Below, in pieces: positions 14,595 to 26,910 of a DNA stretch of 64,000 nt; within the stretch, counting starts at the first letter, position 1; every line of letters starts with the position of its first letter. The notes under the pieces were generated by a model. It had not been told where the DNA came from. It saw nothing but the letters and a program-made list of their open reading frames with translations, and did not search any database. The translations under genes were made by a program, and so were the position numbers. Origin of the DNA: Balanoglossus misakiensis (lineage: Eukaryota > Animalia > Hemichordata); assembly GCA_040954595.2 (NCBI GenBank), contig CM082586.2:4822509-4886508 (forward strand). The letters run 5' to 3'.

Positions 14595-15344
14595 GCAACA
14601 GACTTTGCTACAAATTAAGTTTGATCTTATACGTTTCAATTATCTCAACATCAAGGTAGTGTTGGGGTAATATAATGATACAGACACAAGTATTTCATTT
14701 CAATCTAGTGCATTGACAATTTTTATTTCAAAGTTACCATCTCCAGCCAATAAAACAAATAATTTCTGAAATCAATTAAATTCCAAAATATACACATAGT
14801 TGTTAGTGACAATTATAAAAAGTTTTTTGAGCAAAATTTTAAGTGTTCAAGACAGAATTTCAAAGTACAGTAAACATCAAAAGGAAATACTATTATCATT
14901 AGATGTTAGGTGGTCACTGCAGACTGCCAGTAACAGTTACAGCTGCATCGCGGATAATGGACACTTCGTCCTCGGCCTGGTTGTCGGATACCCATCTGGT
15001 CTTTGCATCTGCAAAGCAAGCAAAGTAGAAATGACTATTTTGGCAACTTGATTAAATTTTACTGCAACAACGATAGAAATCTGCACACCCCCACCCATAC
15101 ACCTCTACCATGTATTGTCTCCATCATTGCTATAATTTTCTTTACCACAATTCTTACCTTCCCAAAACCATTCAGTAATCTCTGGACTTCAATCACACAG
15201 GCTGGCAATCATCTTAGCATCATCTATGGGATCCCTGGAATAAATGAAAATTATGTAAATGGAGTGTCTCCTACAAAGATGGCGGACATGTTTGTGTCAC
15301 AACAAAATGGCCACCCCATGCATCTGGCAATCAGGTCGGTTTTT
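14595..15344. repeat. Non-satellite block, copy 1 of a local segmental duplication
   Basis: Near-identical to 16025-16826 (gcaacagacttt...ggcaatcaggtcggtttt) but lacks 56 bp present at 16512-16567. Confidence 0.95.
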
Positions 15345-16024
15345 GTGACTTTGGGAATTTTCAAAATTTAGTCAATTTTTGATAAAAATCATGGGTTATA
15401 GCTCAAGAAAATCGTGAAAATTCGACCATTTTTCGACTTTGGGAATTTTAAAAATTTGGTCAATTTTTGATAAAAATCGTGGGTTATAGCTCATGAAAAT
15501 CGCGAAAAATCGACCCATTTTCGACTTTGGGAATTTTCAAAATTTGGTCATTTTGTGATAAAAATCATGGGTTATAGCTCATGAAAATCATCCAAAAATC
15601 GACCTTTTTTCGACTTTGGGAATTCTCAAAATTTGGTCATTTTTGACAAAATCATGGGTTATAGCTCAAGAAAATCGTGAAAATTCGACCATTTTTCGAC
15701 TTTGGGAATTTTAAAAATTTGGTCATTTTGTGATAAAAATCATGGGTTATAGCTCATGAAAATCATCCAAAAATCGACCTTTTTTCGACTTTGGGAATTC
15801 TCAAAATTTGGTCATTTTTGACAAAAACATGGGTTATAGCTCAGGAAAATCGCGAACAATCGACCATTTTTCGACTTTGGGAATTTTCAAAATTTGGTCA
15901 TTTTTGATAAATATCATGGGTTATAGCTTATGAAAATCGCGAAAAATCGACCTTTTTTCGACTTTGGGAATTTTCAAAATTTGGTCATTTTTGACAAAAA
16001 TCATTGGTTATAGCTCATGAAAAT
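15345..16024. repeat. Degenerate island of the 88-bp satellite, about 8 units
   Basis: Same unit with many substitutions and small indels (aaaatcatggg, gctcaagaaaatcgtg, atcatccaaaaatcgacc). Ends at the same phase (gaaaat|gcaacagac) as the main array. Confidence 0.95.
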
Positions 16025-16826
16025 GCAACAGACTTTTCTTCAAATTAAGTTTGATCTTACACGTTTCAATTATCTCAACATCAAGGTAGTGTTGGGGTTA
16101 TATAATGATTCAGACACAAGTATTTCATTTCAATCTAGTTCATTGAAAATTTTTATTTCAAAGTTACCATCTCCAGCCAATAAAAACAATTTCTGAAATC
16201 AATTAAATTCCAAAATATACACATAGTGGTTAGTGACAATTATATAAAGTTTTTTGAGCAAAATTTTAAATGTTCAAGACAGAATTTCAAAGTACAGTAA
16301 ACATCAAAAGGAAATACTATTATCATTAGATGTTAGGTGGTCACTGCAGACTGCCAGTAACAGTTACAGCTGCATCGCGGATAATGGACACTTCGTCCTC
16401 GGCTTGGTTGTCGGATACCCATCTGGTCTTTGCATCTGCAAAGCAAGCAAAGTAGAAATGATTATTTTGGCAACTTGATTAAATTTTACTGCAACAACGA
16501 TAGAAATCTGCCCAAGTTTATAATTGTACTTGGTTAAACTGACGACTCCTGGACATTGTGAACAAACACACCCCCACCCACACACCTCTACCATGTATTG
16601 TCTCCATCATTGCTATAATTTTCTTTACCACAATTCTTACCTTCCCAAATCCATTCAGTAATCTCTGGACTTCAATCACACAGGCTGGCTATCATCTTAG
16701 CATCATCTATGGGATCCCTGGAATAAATGAAAATTATGTAAATGGAGTGTCTCCTACAAAGATGGCGGACATGTTTGTGTCACAACAAAATGGCCACCCC
16801 ATGCATCTGGCAATCAGGTCGGTTTT
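16025..16826. repeat. Non-satellite block, copy 2, continuous with the downstream unique sequence
   Basis: Aligns to 14595-15344; the ORF-track peptides at 14800/16254 and 15003/16558 are near-identical because of this duplication. Confidence 0.95.
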
Positions 16827-18990
16827 CAAACATTGAATTGACATCCACGTGTAGTAACGGGTCCATATTATTACATGCAGGTTTGTGCAAAATCAGTTCG
16901 CTTGACAGGGTAACGGCACCAGTCTGAATCGAAAAACAAAATTCAAAATGGCCACCATGAATCGCTTGACAAACCTTGCTTGAAACCTCTGGTCTTCGTT
17001 CAGCCGTTGAACATACTGCCCTTACCGCACCCAGCTATACTGCTGCATGCAATACCATTATGAATTGATCTCGCCCCTGCATCTGCAAAACAATGAAACG
17101 AAGTGAATGTCTGTGATATTCATGATCGTTCAGCCATTGAACATACTGCCGTTACCTCACCCAGCTATACTTCTGCATGGCGAAAATAACTAGTCACTCG
17201 GGCCCCAGCTTGGTTGATGAATACCATAACCAATTGATCTCGTCTCTGGATCTGCAAAAACAAGCAAATGAAGTGAGTGTCTGTAATATTCAAGATCGTT
17301 CAGCCATGGAACATACCCGACCTTACACCTCATCCAGCTCTACCGCTGCATGGCGAAAAAACTCTGGTCTCTGCATCTGCAAAACAAGAAAAAAAAAAGT
17401 TAATATCTATGACAAATCTAAAATAGAAAGTAAATACACACGAAGATAATAGGTGCAAATAAAACCACTCTGATTATACAAGCGTATGTTTCGATAACAT
17501 TTTATTGATTGAAATTGTGGTCAAGATTACAAATCTCAACAAAAACCTGGAAAAAAAACTTATTTACCATAAAGACAGACTAACAGAGACATAAACACAA
17601 GCGTGAGTGCGTGCATGTTTTTATTTTTTTTATTGAATAATGACGAAAGATAACATATCTCAAGAAACCTGTATTAACTATATACGTGAGGGGAAGATGA
17701 TCGGTACGGAAATAAACCACTCTCAGTATTATGAGTGCGTGCATGTTTTTAATTTTTTTATTGAATAATGACGAAAGATAACATATCTCAAGAAACCTGT
17801 ATTAACTATATACGTGAGGGGAAGATGATAGGTACGGAAATAAACCACTCTCAGTATTATGAGTGCGTGCATGTTTTTATTTTATTTTTTTATTGAATAA
17901 TGACGAAAGATAACATATCTCAAGAAACCTGCATTAACTATATACGTGAGGGGAAGATGATCGGTACGGAAATAAACCACTCTCAGTATTATGAGTGCGT
18001 GCATGTTTTTCATTTTTTTATTGAATAATGACGAAAGATAACATTTCTCAAAAAACTTGTATTAAGTATTAACTGACGGTCTGAGCGATGGGACCCACCC
18101 GCCCCGGGGATTTTATTTATGTCTATATCAGCGACGCGACGGGAAGATGATCAGTACGGAAATAAACTACTCCAAGTATTATGTGTGCGTGCATGTTTTT
18201 AATTTTTTTTATTGAATAATGACGAAAGATAACATTTCTCAAAAAACTTGTATTAAGTATTAACTGACGGTCTGAGGGATGGGACCCACCCGCACCGGGG
18301 GTTTTATTTATGTCTATAACTTACTTGTTATGAAACCACTCCTCCACTGGTCTTCATTCAGCCATGGAACATACAAACGCTCACCTCATTGTAGTCTAGC
18401 TGCATGGCCCAAATATACCGTACAACTTACCGTGACACACACGAACCATGCACACGCACTCACAACAACGAGCACCTTTCGAAGAATTCAAAGTCGATGA
18501 ACTTGTAGGTGCCGTAACAAAAATGACCCATACACCGAGCATGTAGTCATGTTGGTTTCAAAACTTTCAGTTGACATCCGCATATAGCATCCGTAATGTT
18601 GCACTTCCAGGTTTGTTCAAAATCCGGTTCGCTGAACTGGCTACCGGCACCAGTCAGAATCGTTGAAATGTCTTAAAAATTGCCCAAAATATGGCTAATA
18701 CCGCTTACTTTTACATCATGCTTGTAACATCATAGCATCCGCGTTGAACGTACAGGCACTATCCTCACACAGTTACAACACGTGGCTTGGTCGTTGAAAT
18801 CCGGGATCAGTCTGCAAAACGAGGAAAGGGAAGTGAATAGTCTATCCATAAACACGAAACCAAATATCTACCTGGGTCACCGTACGCCAAGCTGTTGTTC
18901 ATTCGCATATTGTACACCATACGCGACGACAAATATTTTAGGGCTTCGCTGACAGACAAGTTCCCCTAAACTCCAGCCTGGCACTATCCA
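16152..18990 (-). pseudogene. Putative decayed multi-exon gene or spliced non-coding transcript oriented toward the satellite
   Basis: Minus-strand AG/GT-bounded segments at 17156-17251, 17026-17082 and 16641-16717, a terminal segment from 16435 to TGA at 16341, then AATAAA at 16152-16157. Further acceptor/donor-like sites near 18811/18709 and 18872. Frames contain stops; no homology recognised. Confidence 0.4.
17603..18318. repeat. Tandem repeat of 128-132 bp units changing to a 190-bp variant
   Basis: gagtgcgtgcatgtttttattttttttattgaataatgacgaaagataacat... starts at about 17603, 17731, 17859, 17991 and 18181. The last two copies carry a different GC-rich middle (ctgacggtctgag..atgggacccacccg). 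Confidence 0.95.
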
Positions 18991-21900
18991 CGTTCACACA
19001 TTTTCAATTTTAGGCCCACAGCCAAGCGGAACATATTAAAATTCAACATTTTTTTTGGCAAAGACTTCACGGACACACGCAAAAACTATTCCAAATGAAG
19101 CGTTTCAAAGCTTATTTTTGCTATTGACTGGTAGTACAAAATTTGCATTCGCTCACAATTCGAAAACACGCTGACTACACGTGAGCCCGCTGTCAATTCA
19201 CCGAACCCGCTAGCAATTCGTTGTAGCCCCCTCCCCTTTCCCGAAAAACTACCTTTTTATGTGAAAAAAATGCCGCCCACCAATAGAGCTTTAACACCGG
19301 CTTGTCTTAATTTTATAAACCGTACATCTCAAGTTGAGTAACGCGAAAGGGTCGAATTTGTGAATAAAACGCAGCGAAGGCGCTGACCCGAGCTGTCTGA
19401 CTGTGCGCATCCAATTTTTTTCAATTCCGCGGTGTCAACGTCTGGCGTTTTAGTTGTCCGTAACTCGCAACAGAATAACCCATGTTTCTGTTCAAAAATT
19501 GAGTAAATGTGTCTACTTCTGTTACTTTACTTACCGCTGTCGTCATGAAGACTATCCAGCGGAGAAACTCTGTTCCGGGGGCAGAGTTCTCCGCATCTTC
19601 TCGTGGTCCGTGGAGCAGCGTGGCCGTCTGACTCTCAAATGAAAATGCACGGGGAAGGCTAGACGGTAATATCCAAGTGGAGATGGTCCAGGTGGTTACA
19701 ACCAATCAGCAGCGAACACGCGTCTCAAGACAACAATCTTCCCTGTAAACATCCTATTGTTCAAGATCGAATGAAAATTAGCACGTTAACACTACAACAG
19801 GTGTTGTTGTTTTTTTGAAATTGCGTCATGTATAGTACCGCTTGTCAAACTTGTATTGTTGTAATTCTTTTGTTTTACCTTGTATAATGTATGGCTTGGA
19901 GGTCTGGGAAATTACTTTCCCTACATATTTGAACATTTTCCTACTTCAAAAAACTTAGAGCTAAAGTACAGAATCATGAAAATAGTGCGAAAACACACGG
20001 TAACTGAGGCATGGGATCTTTCATGATGACATGTCAAAGCAATATACAATCGTTACACACATTTTGTCTTGTACTATACGCACTGTGTGTTATAGTAATA
20101 AAGAAATCTTGAAAAGTGTCTGGTTGTCTTTGATTTAAGACATCATGTACAAAAACTGCAAGTTGTAATTTATGCCGTTGAAAAATATCTAAAATATCAA
20201 GTTTCTTAAAAAGCGGGGACGTATTTGCTCTCTGGGCGAATGGATTTTATGACACAATATATGCATGTTTTATCAAAATTCTCGGGAATATAAATAATCT
20301 AAAGTGCGATAGCGCGAACAGTCATATCGTGCGCAGTCAGTGTGTGAACCTTGCGCCACAGTGCAGCGGTGGTGAAAATAGAAACTTTATCCGGAGTCAG
20401 GTAATTTGCATAGATGAACAACCCGTCAATTATTCAGTCCCTCGATTAAAAACCGTCTGCGCCGACGTCATAAGGACACAGTTGACGTCATCGAGACTAA
20501 TTATGCAGACGGCCAGATGAATGTTTGCCATAGCTGGGCGATAGCGGGGGTCTACGCCACGCAGTCGACCGATAAATGGTCTAATTTATCCTCTTGGATC
20601 ATTTCGTAAATTTCAGCATAATGTTAGAAATCAGACATAAATGTCGGGCCGTAAAATATTTTGACCGCAGTGTTCTTGTTCGGATGTGTAAGCGTGTCAC
20701 CTCTCGTCGAAACTGCCGTGCATTTCGACGGCAATCTTGAGATGTTGTCACCGGATTGACCCACATGCGACCTTCGTGTCCACGGCAAGGCAGAGTCATG
20801 GAGTCGTGGGGTCTGACAAGACAATAAAACCGTATGATGCATTTAACATGCGCAATTCCAATAATACCATCCATCGGCTGGGTATTATCTGCGTTCAATT
20901 GCCCTTGAAATACAATTCTCTGCAGAAATAAGGGATCGAAAATAATTATTCCCGTACAATCCCCCCAATCAGCCGAAATGGGAAGCGCCATCTACGACAT
21001 GGTAGGTATTTACCAAAAAGAATTAACTGTTATTATGTAGAGTGTTTCCTGGATTTCCAGGAAAAACATACATATGTGACCCGACTGCCCTCACTGCTCA
21101 CTCTCTTTCTACCTCTCTCCCCTTCCCCGCCCTCGTGCCGTCTAGTCTTAATACCCCCACCATAGCCGCCCCACCAAATACATGACTGTATAGGTTTAAA
21201 TAAATTCTCACATTACATCATGATCAAAGCACGGTACATATGCCACACAGATCCCTTCTGTAATCAACAGCTGGGCAATAAAGTTTATTGCATTATCTGG
21301 CAAAATTATTTCAGCGCAGAAAATTACATAAGCTCGCGGCAGTCGTAATTTAAAATTGAGGTGAACGCAAGCTCGAACCGACGCGTATTACTACGGGATT
21401 ACATGCCAGCTCTGCATGTACCGCCTGAGAAGTGTAATTTAGTGGAAACGGTAATAGAACACGGTGATCGCGTAATCCAGGGGCCACACACGCCTTAGGA
21501 AGTCGCTGACCAACGTACATGTAATGATTTTATTTTTATGTGTTTGGCTGCTGTTGTTGTTGTTGTTGTTGTTTGATAACTGAGACTGTTTTCATCGGTT
21601 TGCTGATTCAAAGACTCACCATAGCACCTATTCGTGCTATTTTGATGGCGTTTAGTGGGTGACGTCGTGGGATTGAGTTCGCCGCGCCGAGGGACGGTGC
21701 TTTGGACTCGGATATCGCGTTTGTAAATTTCAGATGATATTTCGGGTTGCAACCTGGAGTATCGTCGCCGCGACGTGCAGCTTTCGTGGAAATTATTGCC
21801 ACCAGGTAATTACTTGGAAACACCGCTGCATAATAAATCAACCGCGTCCCCCATCGACAAATTGAACCTCCCTGCAAATTATCTGATTAACATGCAAACA

Positions 21901-24859
21901 CGCGATAATTCTTACAAATTTAACAGTGTTTAAATTAGTTGGACGCGCCCAAGGACATGCGAGGGCGCCCTTGGCAGTTGCATAGCGGATCATGATATGT
22001 TCGGACTGAAGTAGATTTACAGGGAAATGGCAGATTATTTTTTTCTCAGAAAATATCCTAAAATATGCAGCTGCTGGGATTTCAATTTTATACCGCTAAG
22101 GGGGTGATCAAATTACACGAATGTCGAATTGCATCTCGGGAGGGCCATATCAAGTTGGCAACATGTATGGTCGGCCTTGTCGTCGGCGCTTCAAGGTCCC
22201 AGTAATAATCTTGATGGAAAGTCCTAGGGAAGAAAAAACTGCATCAATCACCATGGCAACGGTGTAATTATCTTTGAAGTCGCAATGCGCCGATTGCCGG
22301 TGAATAGGCGGAGGCATGGCCCGGCGCTCGCGCCTCGTTATTACGCGTGTGTCGCGGTGTTTTCGTTCCACTGTTCCCCCACTCACCGATATCAACAATA
22401 TTCGCCGTCACAGATGGTCGCTCCGCGAAAAGTAATTAAGGTTGTGAACAAAATTGACGATATTGTGCGCTAGCCGATATGCGAGAGGAATTTTCTTGTT
22501 GCCCATTCGATTCGATACCATTCTGACGAAGAAATATCCATTAGCTTCAAGTAGCCAACTTCTCTCGTTCAGTTGAAATTCTCTCATATTATCGAATGTA
22601 TTAAGTTTTCGCCTTTTCCGAATGTGTGATTTATCGTCCCCGTCGTTACTTTCGCTGTCGTTCGAGGCAGGATAGTGCCAGATCCATAATTTTACAAGCT
22701 CCTTGTCATCCTTACAAATTAACACGTCGGGAGAGTATTTGGTAAGTGTGAAATGTGACAGCGACCTTATATAATACCTCCGCACAGTATTCGAGACCTC
22801 GACGCACTTCCGTGCAGTCGTGCGTGTCAATGAAACTGTCTCTCTTTAACTCGATTGCCTTCAGATCGGAATTTGTCGCATTGTTCCGGCGATTTTTTGC
22901 CAAGATCTCCAGAAGACGCTCAAGTCAATAAATCATAATGAACACGGTCGATCTTTTCTGTGCCTATTCTCCCGGATCGCCTGCAGTGCCGCAAATAAGG
23001 AGAGGGTCTTCCTTTGTTGGATTCCAAGAAATCAAGCGAGGGATTTCTGGGGTCATCAATTGATGCCAATTGGCCTGTATGTACCGAGCGCTAATTTAGA
23101 GAAATGCCCATTGATTTGGAGCCGTTCAGGTGACACTGATCCGGTGAATGCGGCGTGGAAATTGATGTGTACGTGACCGATAACGAGTAGACGACAGTGG
23201 TTGGACATGTTTTTTATGTCGGTTGTAGTTTGGCGATGCGTTCTTGCGAACACGCGATCTGTGTGACGGTACGCCTACGCCGCACCGTATGTGCACATAG
23301 ATTAACTCTGAAAAAATATCAAAAACAATTTTGGATGTATATTCAGTGCATTGCGGTTTTTGTGGCTCTATGTGCAAAAAATGTCCTGCTTCAGAACCGA
23401 CACTATGGCTATAGCACAGGACACACTTCGCAAACATATCGTCTCCTTTGCAAACTGAAAATAAAATCTTTGGAGTTGAGCGACGCGTCTTCTTCTAATC
23501 GACATAACACGACACGCAAGTATCAGTGCTATTGTACCATTGGCCTTCACCCCACATGTTCATTTCATGCAATCGACCACGGCCAAACCTCTCGTATAAT
23601 ATTGATTAAAAACCATTCCAGCCATAAACATTTTTGATTTTATTGAACATGCTTCTGGGGACAATCTGACATGATCAATTTAGCCCTAGTGCGCATGACA
23701 AAAATGTTCCATTTGGCTGCGCCGCGACGTACACCACGAAGACAAACTTTTATTGCTAGTAAGTGTTCATTTCAATATCGCGTTTTAGTGGCACTTTCGT
23801 TTTCCTTCGCGTAGGCGTCAAAAGATCATGTTATTCAATAACTCCAGATCACCAAAGCAAGATAAGTTTTTTATTTGACATTTACCGTTGTCATGGAAAC
23901 TGTACTGGAGACTCTTAAAAAACCTGGCGAGTTTTATTTCGCTGCGATAGTTGTGTGGCCGACCCTCGCACAGTCTAGGGGGAAAAAATCATTCGGCTCA
24001 CGGCGCGTCTGAATCGAACAGAGAGACGCGCCGATCGAGACACGACGCACAACTGAAAATGGTTTCAAATTATCTCAGCTTCAGGGCTTTTCCCCCTGAT
24101 GTCTACATACCGGTTTGTTAAGCTATTTTCTCACTTCAATGTGGACTAGACATGCTGACGTCGGGGGCCGGGTTGCAGATTTGTCTAAAAGAAGAAAGCG
24201 GTCGAAAGCATATGTTTCCATTGCCTTGTTCAATGCACTCGACCATCTGCAGGGGCTGTGACGAAAACTATGAGAACAGATTGCTGTTGAGAATATATGA
24301 TAACTATTTCTGCACTGCGGGTTTGTTCTATAAATTGCGTTGATGAAGTCAACAGGCAAGCAACCCACTATGTGTATTATAGCAACGTCGGCAGTTTTTG
24401 TGCTCAGTGTTGACGCTTTTGAAACAAATATTACAAGACGAGAACGGCGGATTAAATTCTGTCGGTTGCAAGAAAGAGGCCAGAAGTTCACGAGAATATG
24501 ACGCGAATATTTACTCTGTAAAGCCAGTCAGTCAACTGCCGAGTTGACAAACCACTGCCGAAGCCCCGATCGGCTAATTTCTCCTGCGGTGAAAAGTAAG
24601 CTTAGATTATACCGATCTTAGAGACTACTTTTCTCTACAAATATGAAGCCATATTAAATTTCGTTGACACATTAATTTCTTCCAACGTTTGTTTGGGAGT
24701 CTATTTAATCTTCAGATCGTTCTTCAAAAACCGTCTGAAGGCTTCCTTTTCAACCAAAAGGCGCCCGTCTGTCCCTGTCTGTCCTGGAAAGTGGAAACGC
24801 AGTTGTTTCGCCGGGAGGATATGCTAATTACCTTGCGAACATATCCCCAGGGATACGCG

Positions 24860-24907
24860 AGCGAGCGAGAGAGAGACAGACAGACAGACAGAGACAGGGA
24901 GAGAGAG
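24860..24907. repeat. GA/GACA microsatellite
   Basis: gagcgagcgagagagagacagacagacagacagagacagggagagagag. Confidence 0.85.
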
Positions 24908-25156
24908 TAGGATAGATACATACAAGTTCTCACCATATAAAACAATAGTTCTTATTCTCCATAATTAAGTTTATTGATGATTTGCTAGAGAAATAACGAA
25001 ACCATTCTCTTCTCCAAAAAATATAACCAATAATGATATCTTACACCTACGAACAGTATGAACATTACGAGGGACTGAAAAGTCAATTCAACCGTCTTTC
25101 ACCCAACATCCCACCCCGATGAGCAAAAGAAACAAAATCTTTGGAAATACAGGCTA

Positions 25157-25245
25157 AACCCTTTCACCCCCAGTTCCCTCTAGAGAAGTCCAACCTCACC
25201 ATAGAAAACAATGAATTTGGACTGAACCATTGCGGTGAAAGGGTT
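25157..25245. mobile_element. About 90-bp MITE-like element with 12-bp terminal inverted repeats
   Basis: aaccctttcacc (25157-25168) and ggtgaaagggtt (25234-25245) are exact reverse complements. Related degenerate copies lie at about 27608-27698 and 31110-31163 (caccatagataacaatgggtttggaccataccatggtggttaaagggtt). Confidence 0.6.
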
Positions 25246-26910
25246 AAATGTACAGCTGCAAGTAAAGTCTTTGGTTTTTGCTTCTATTTTCTGTGTGGTT
25301 CAATCTCACATTAAAAATAAACCTCTGTATATTAAAGGTGACAGAAAAAGGTTGTCACCCTAGCAACTGATGACCATCGAACTTTAAGCCAGCACAGATG
25401 CATATTACTAGTGCGACACTAGGTGGCGCTGTACACATTCAAGAGAAGATCCACCTCTACAGCAAATTGGAGACAAAAACAGCGTATAATGTTATTTTTT
25501 ATACAGAAATCACAACTTTCTATTAAAAATTTAAGTGCAAATTCCTGTGGGAATCTCACACTGACTCTTACTGCAGAGGAATTCCTAACTTTATACATGA
25601 TACAAATATTTGTACAACCATGCAATATTTGTATGACTTCAATGATTGTGAGTAATTATGATATACACAGATATTTTTGCTTCTTTTAGAGAGACTCATC
25701 TCTAGCTTAACAGAACAAATTAGGAGTCCATGGTTTTAGCTGAAGATCAAACAACCCTAGTGATTGTGTACTACAATAGGTAGTACACTTGACAAGTTAC
25801 TCAAAATTCATTCATTTTGTAAATTTGTAAGCAAGATTAGTCAAATATTCTTTGACCGAGTGTAAAATGATCACAGGTACCATATCCTTGACAATTTTCT
25901 TACACACCGAGAGAAAAAACACCCCTGAAACAACAACAAAATCAACTGTCCTTTGAATGCTGGCGTCACTAAACTCAAGTTGGCAGCCATGTTGGATGGT
26001 GCATTGTGGGTGACAATTAAACCTGTACATTGGCTAAAATTACTGTACTGACATAATCCTAGCGACTATCAAGTTTAAAATACTGCTAAAGTCAGCTGTG
26101 CTAAATTATGTTCAACAAATTGCACATTGATAATATTTCATCTTGGACTTGGTAAAAATAAAATGGGGTTAACTTCACAATGATGATTGAGCAAATTTTG
26201 GCATTTTATAAGCGGCATAACAGATGGACAGTCAGACTGACGACCGACTAAAAAAATGACATGTGGAAGTACACTTTTAGGACACTTATTTTGCATACAC
26301 TGCACTACCTCTTACAGAAACCAAGTTTCTAAATTCTCATGCATAGAATTGCACATGCAAGCTTTGCTGTGTTATAATACTGACCCCGCAACAATGCGTC
26401 CTGTGTTATACAAACACATAGAGGTGAGTTTTACCATTTCAGAGGGGATTGGATGGTTGGGGTTTCTGTGCAAATTCCCAATCTGCAGTTCCCTCAACTG
26501 TGCCGAGTTGCAAAGAAAGGGGGGCTGCACATTTAGGAATACACAAAAGCGGACTGACCCCGAGAACGAATGCAATTCTGATGGGTTAAATGAAATTCAA
26601 ATGTAAATACCAAAAGTCATCACAGACTATAGGATGTTCGCTTCATCTCTGGTCTGTGCAGCTACTGTACACGAGTAAAAACTCCCTGTCGACATTCAAA
26701 ATGTTTCACTGGTGTTCTTCATATGATTATCACGCGTCGAATATTTTGTTGTTGTGAAGTTCCATCCTTTCAAAGTTGTCCACTCAACAAGCGGTTCACC
26801 CTCACCACTGCAACCTGTTCCCACCCATTCAACACAATGGTTCCTTCCTATGCAAGGTGTCAAGGCCAGACGGGCAGTACCACTGTAACACTAGGGGTTG
26901 GGCACACTGA

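Noticed and set aside
14800-16836. Plus-strand ORFs of 74-122 aa in the duplicated block as real genes
   Set aside because: They start at non-ATG codons and show no recognisable domain; splice and poly(A) signals point to the minus strand.
26697-26815. Extra terminal TRAPPC9 exon using the donor-like gttagt near 26915
   Set aside because: The frame is open but the acceptor lacks a pyrimidine tract, and the TAG at 26911 already gives a protein of the expected length.
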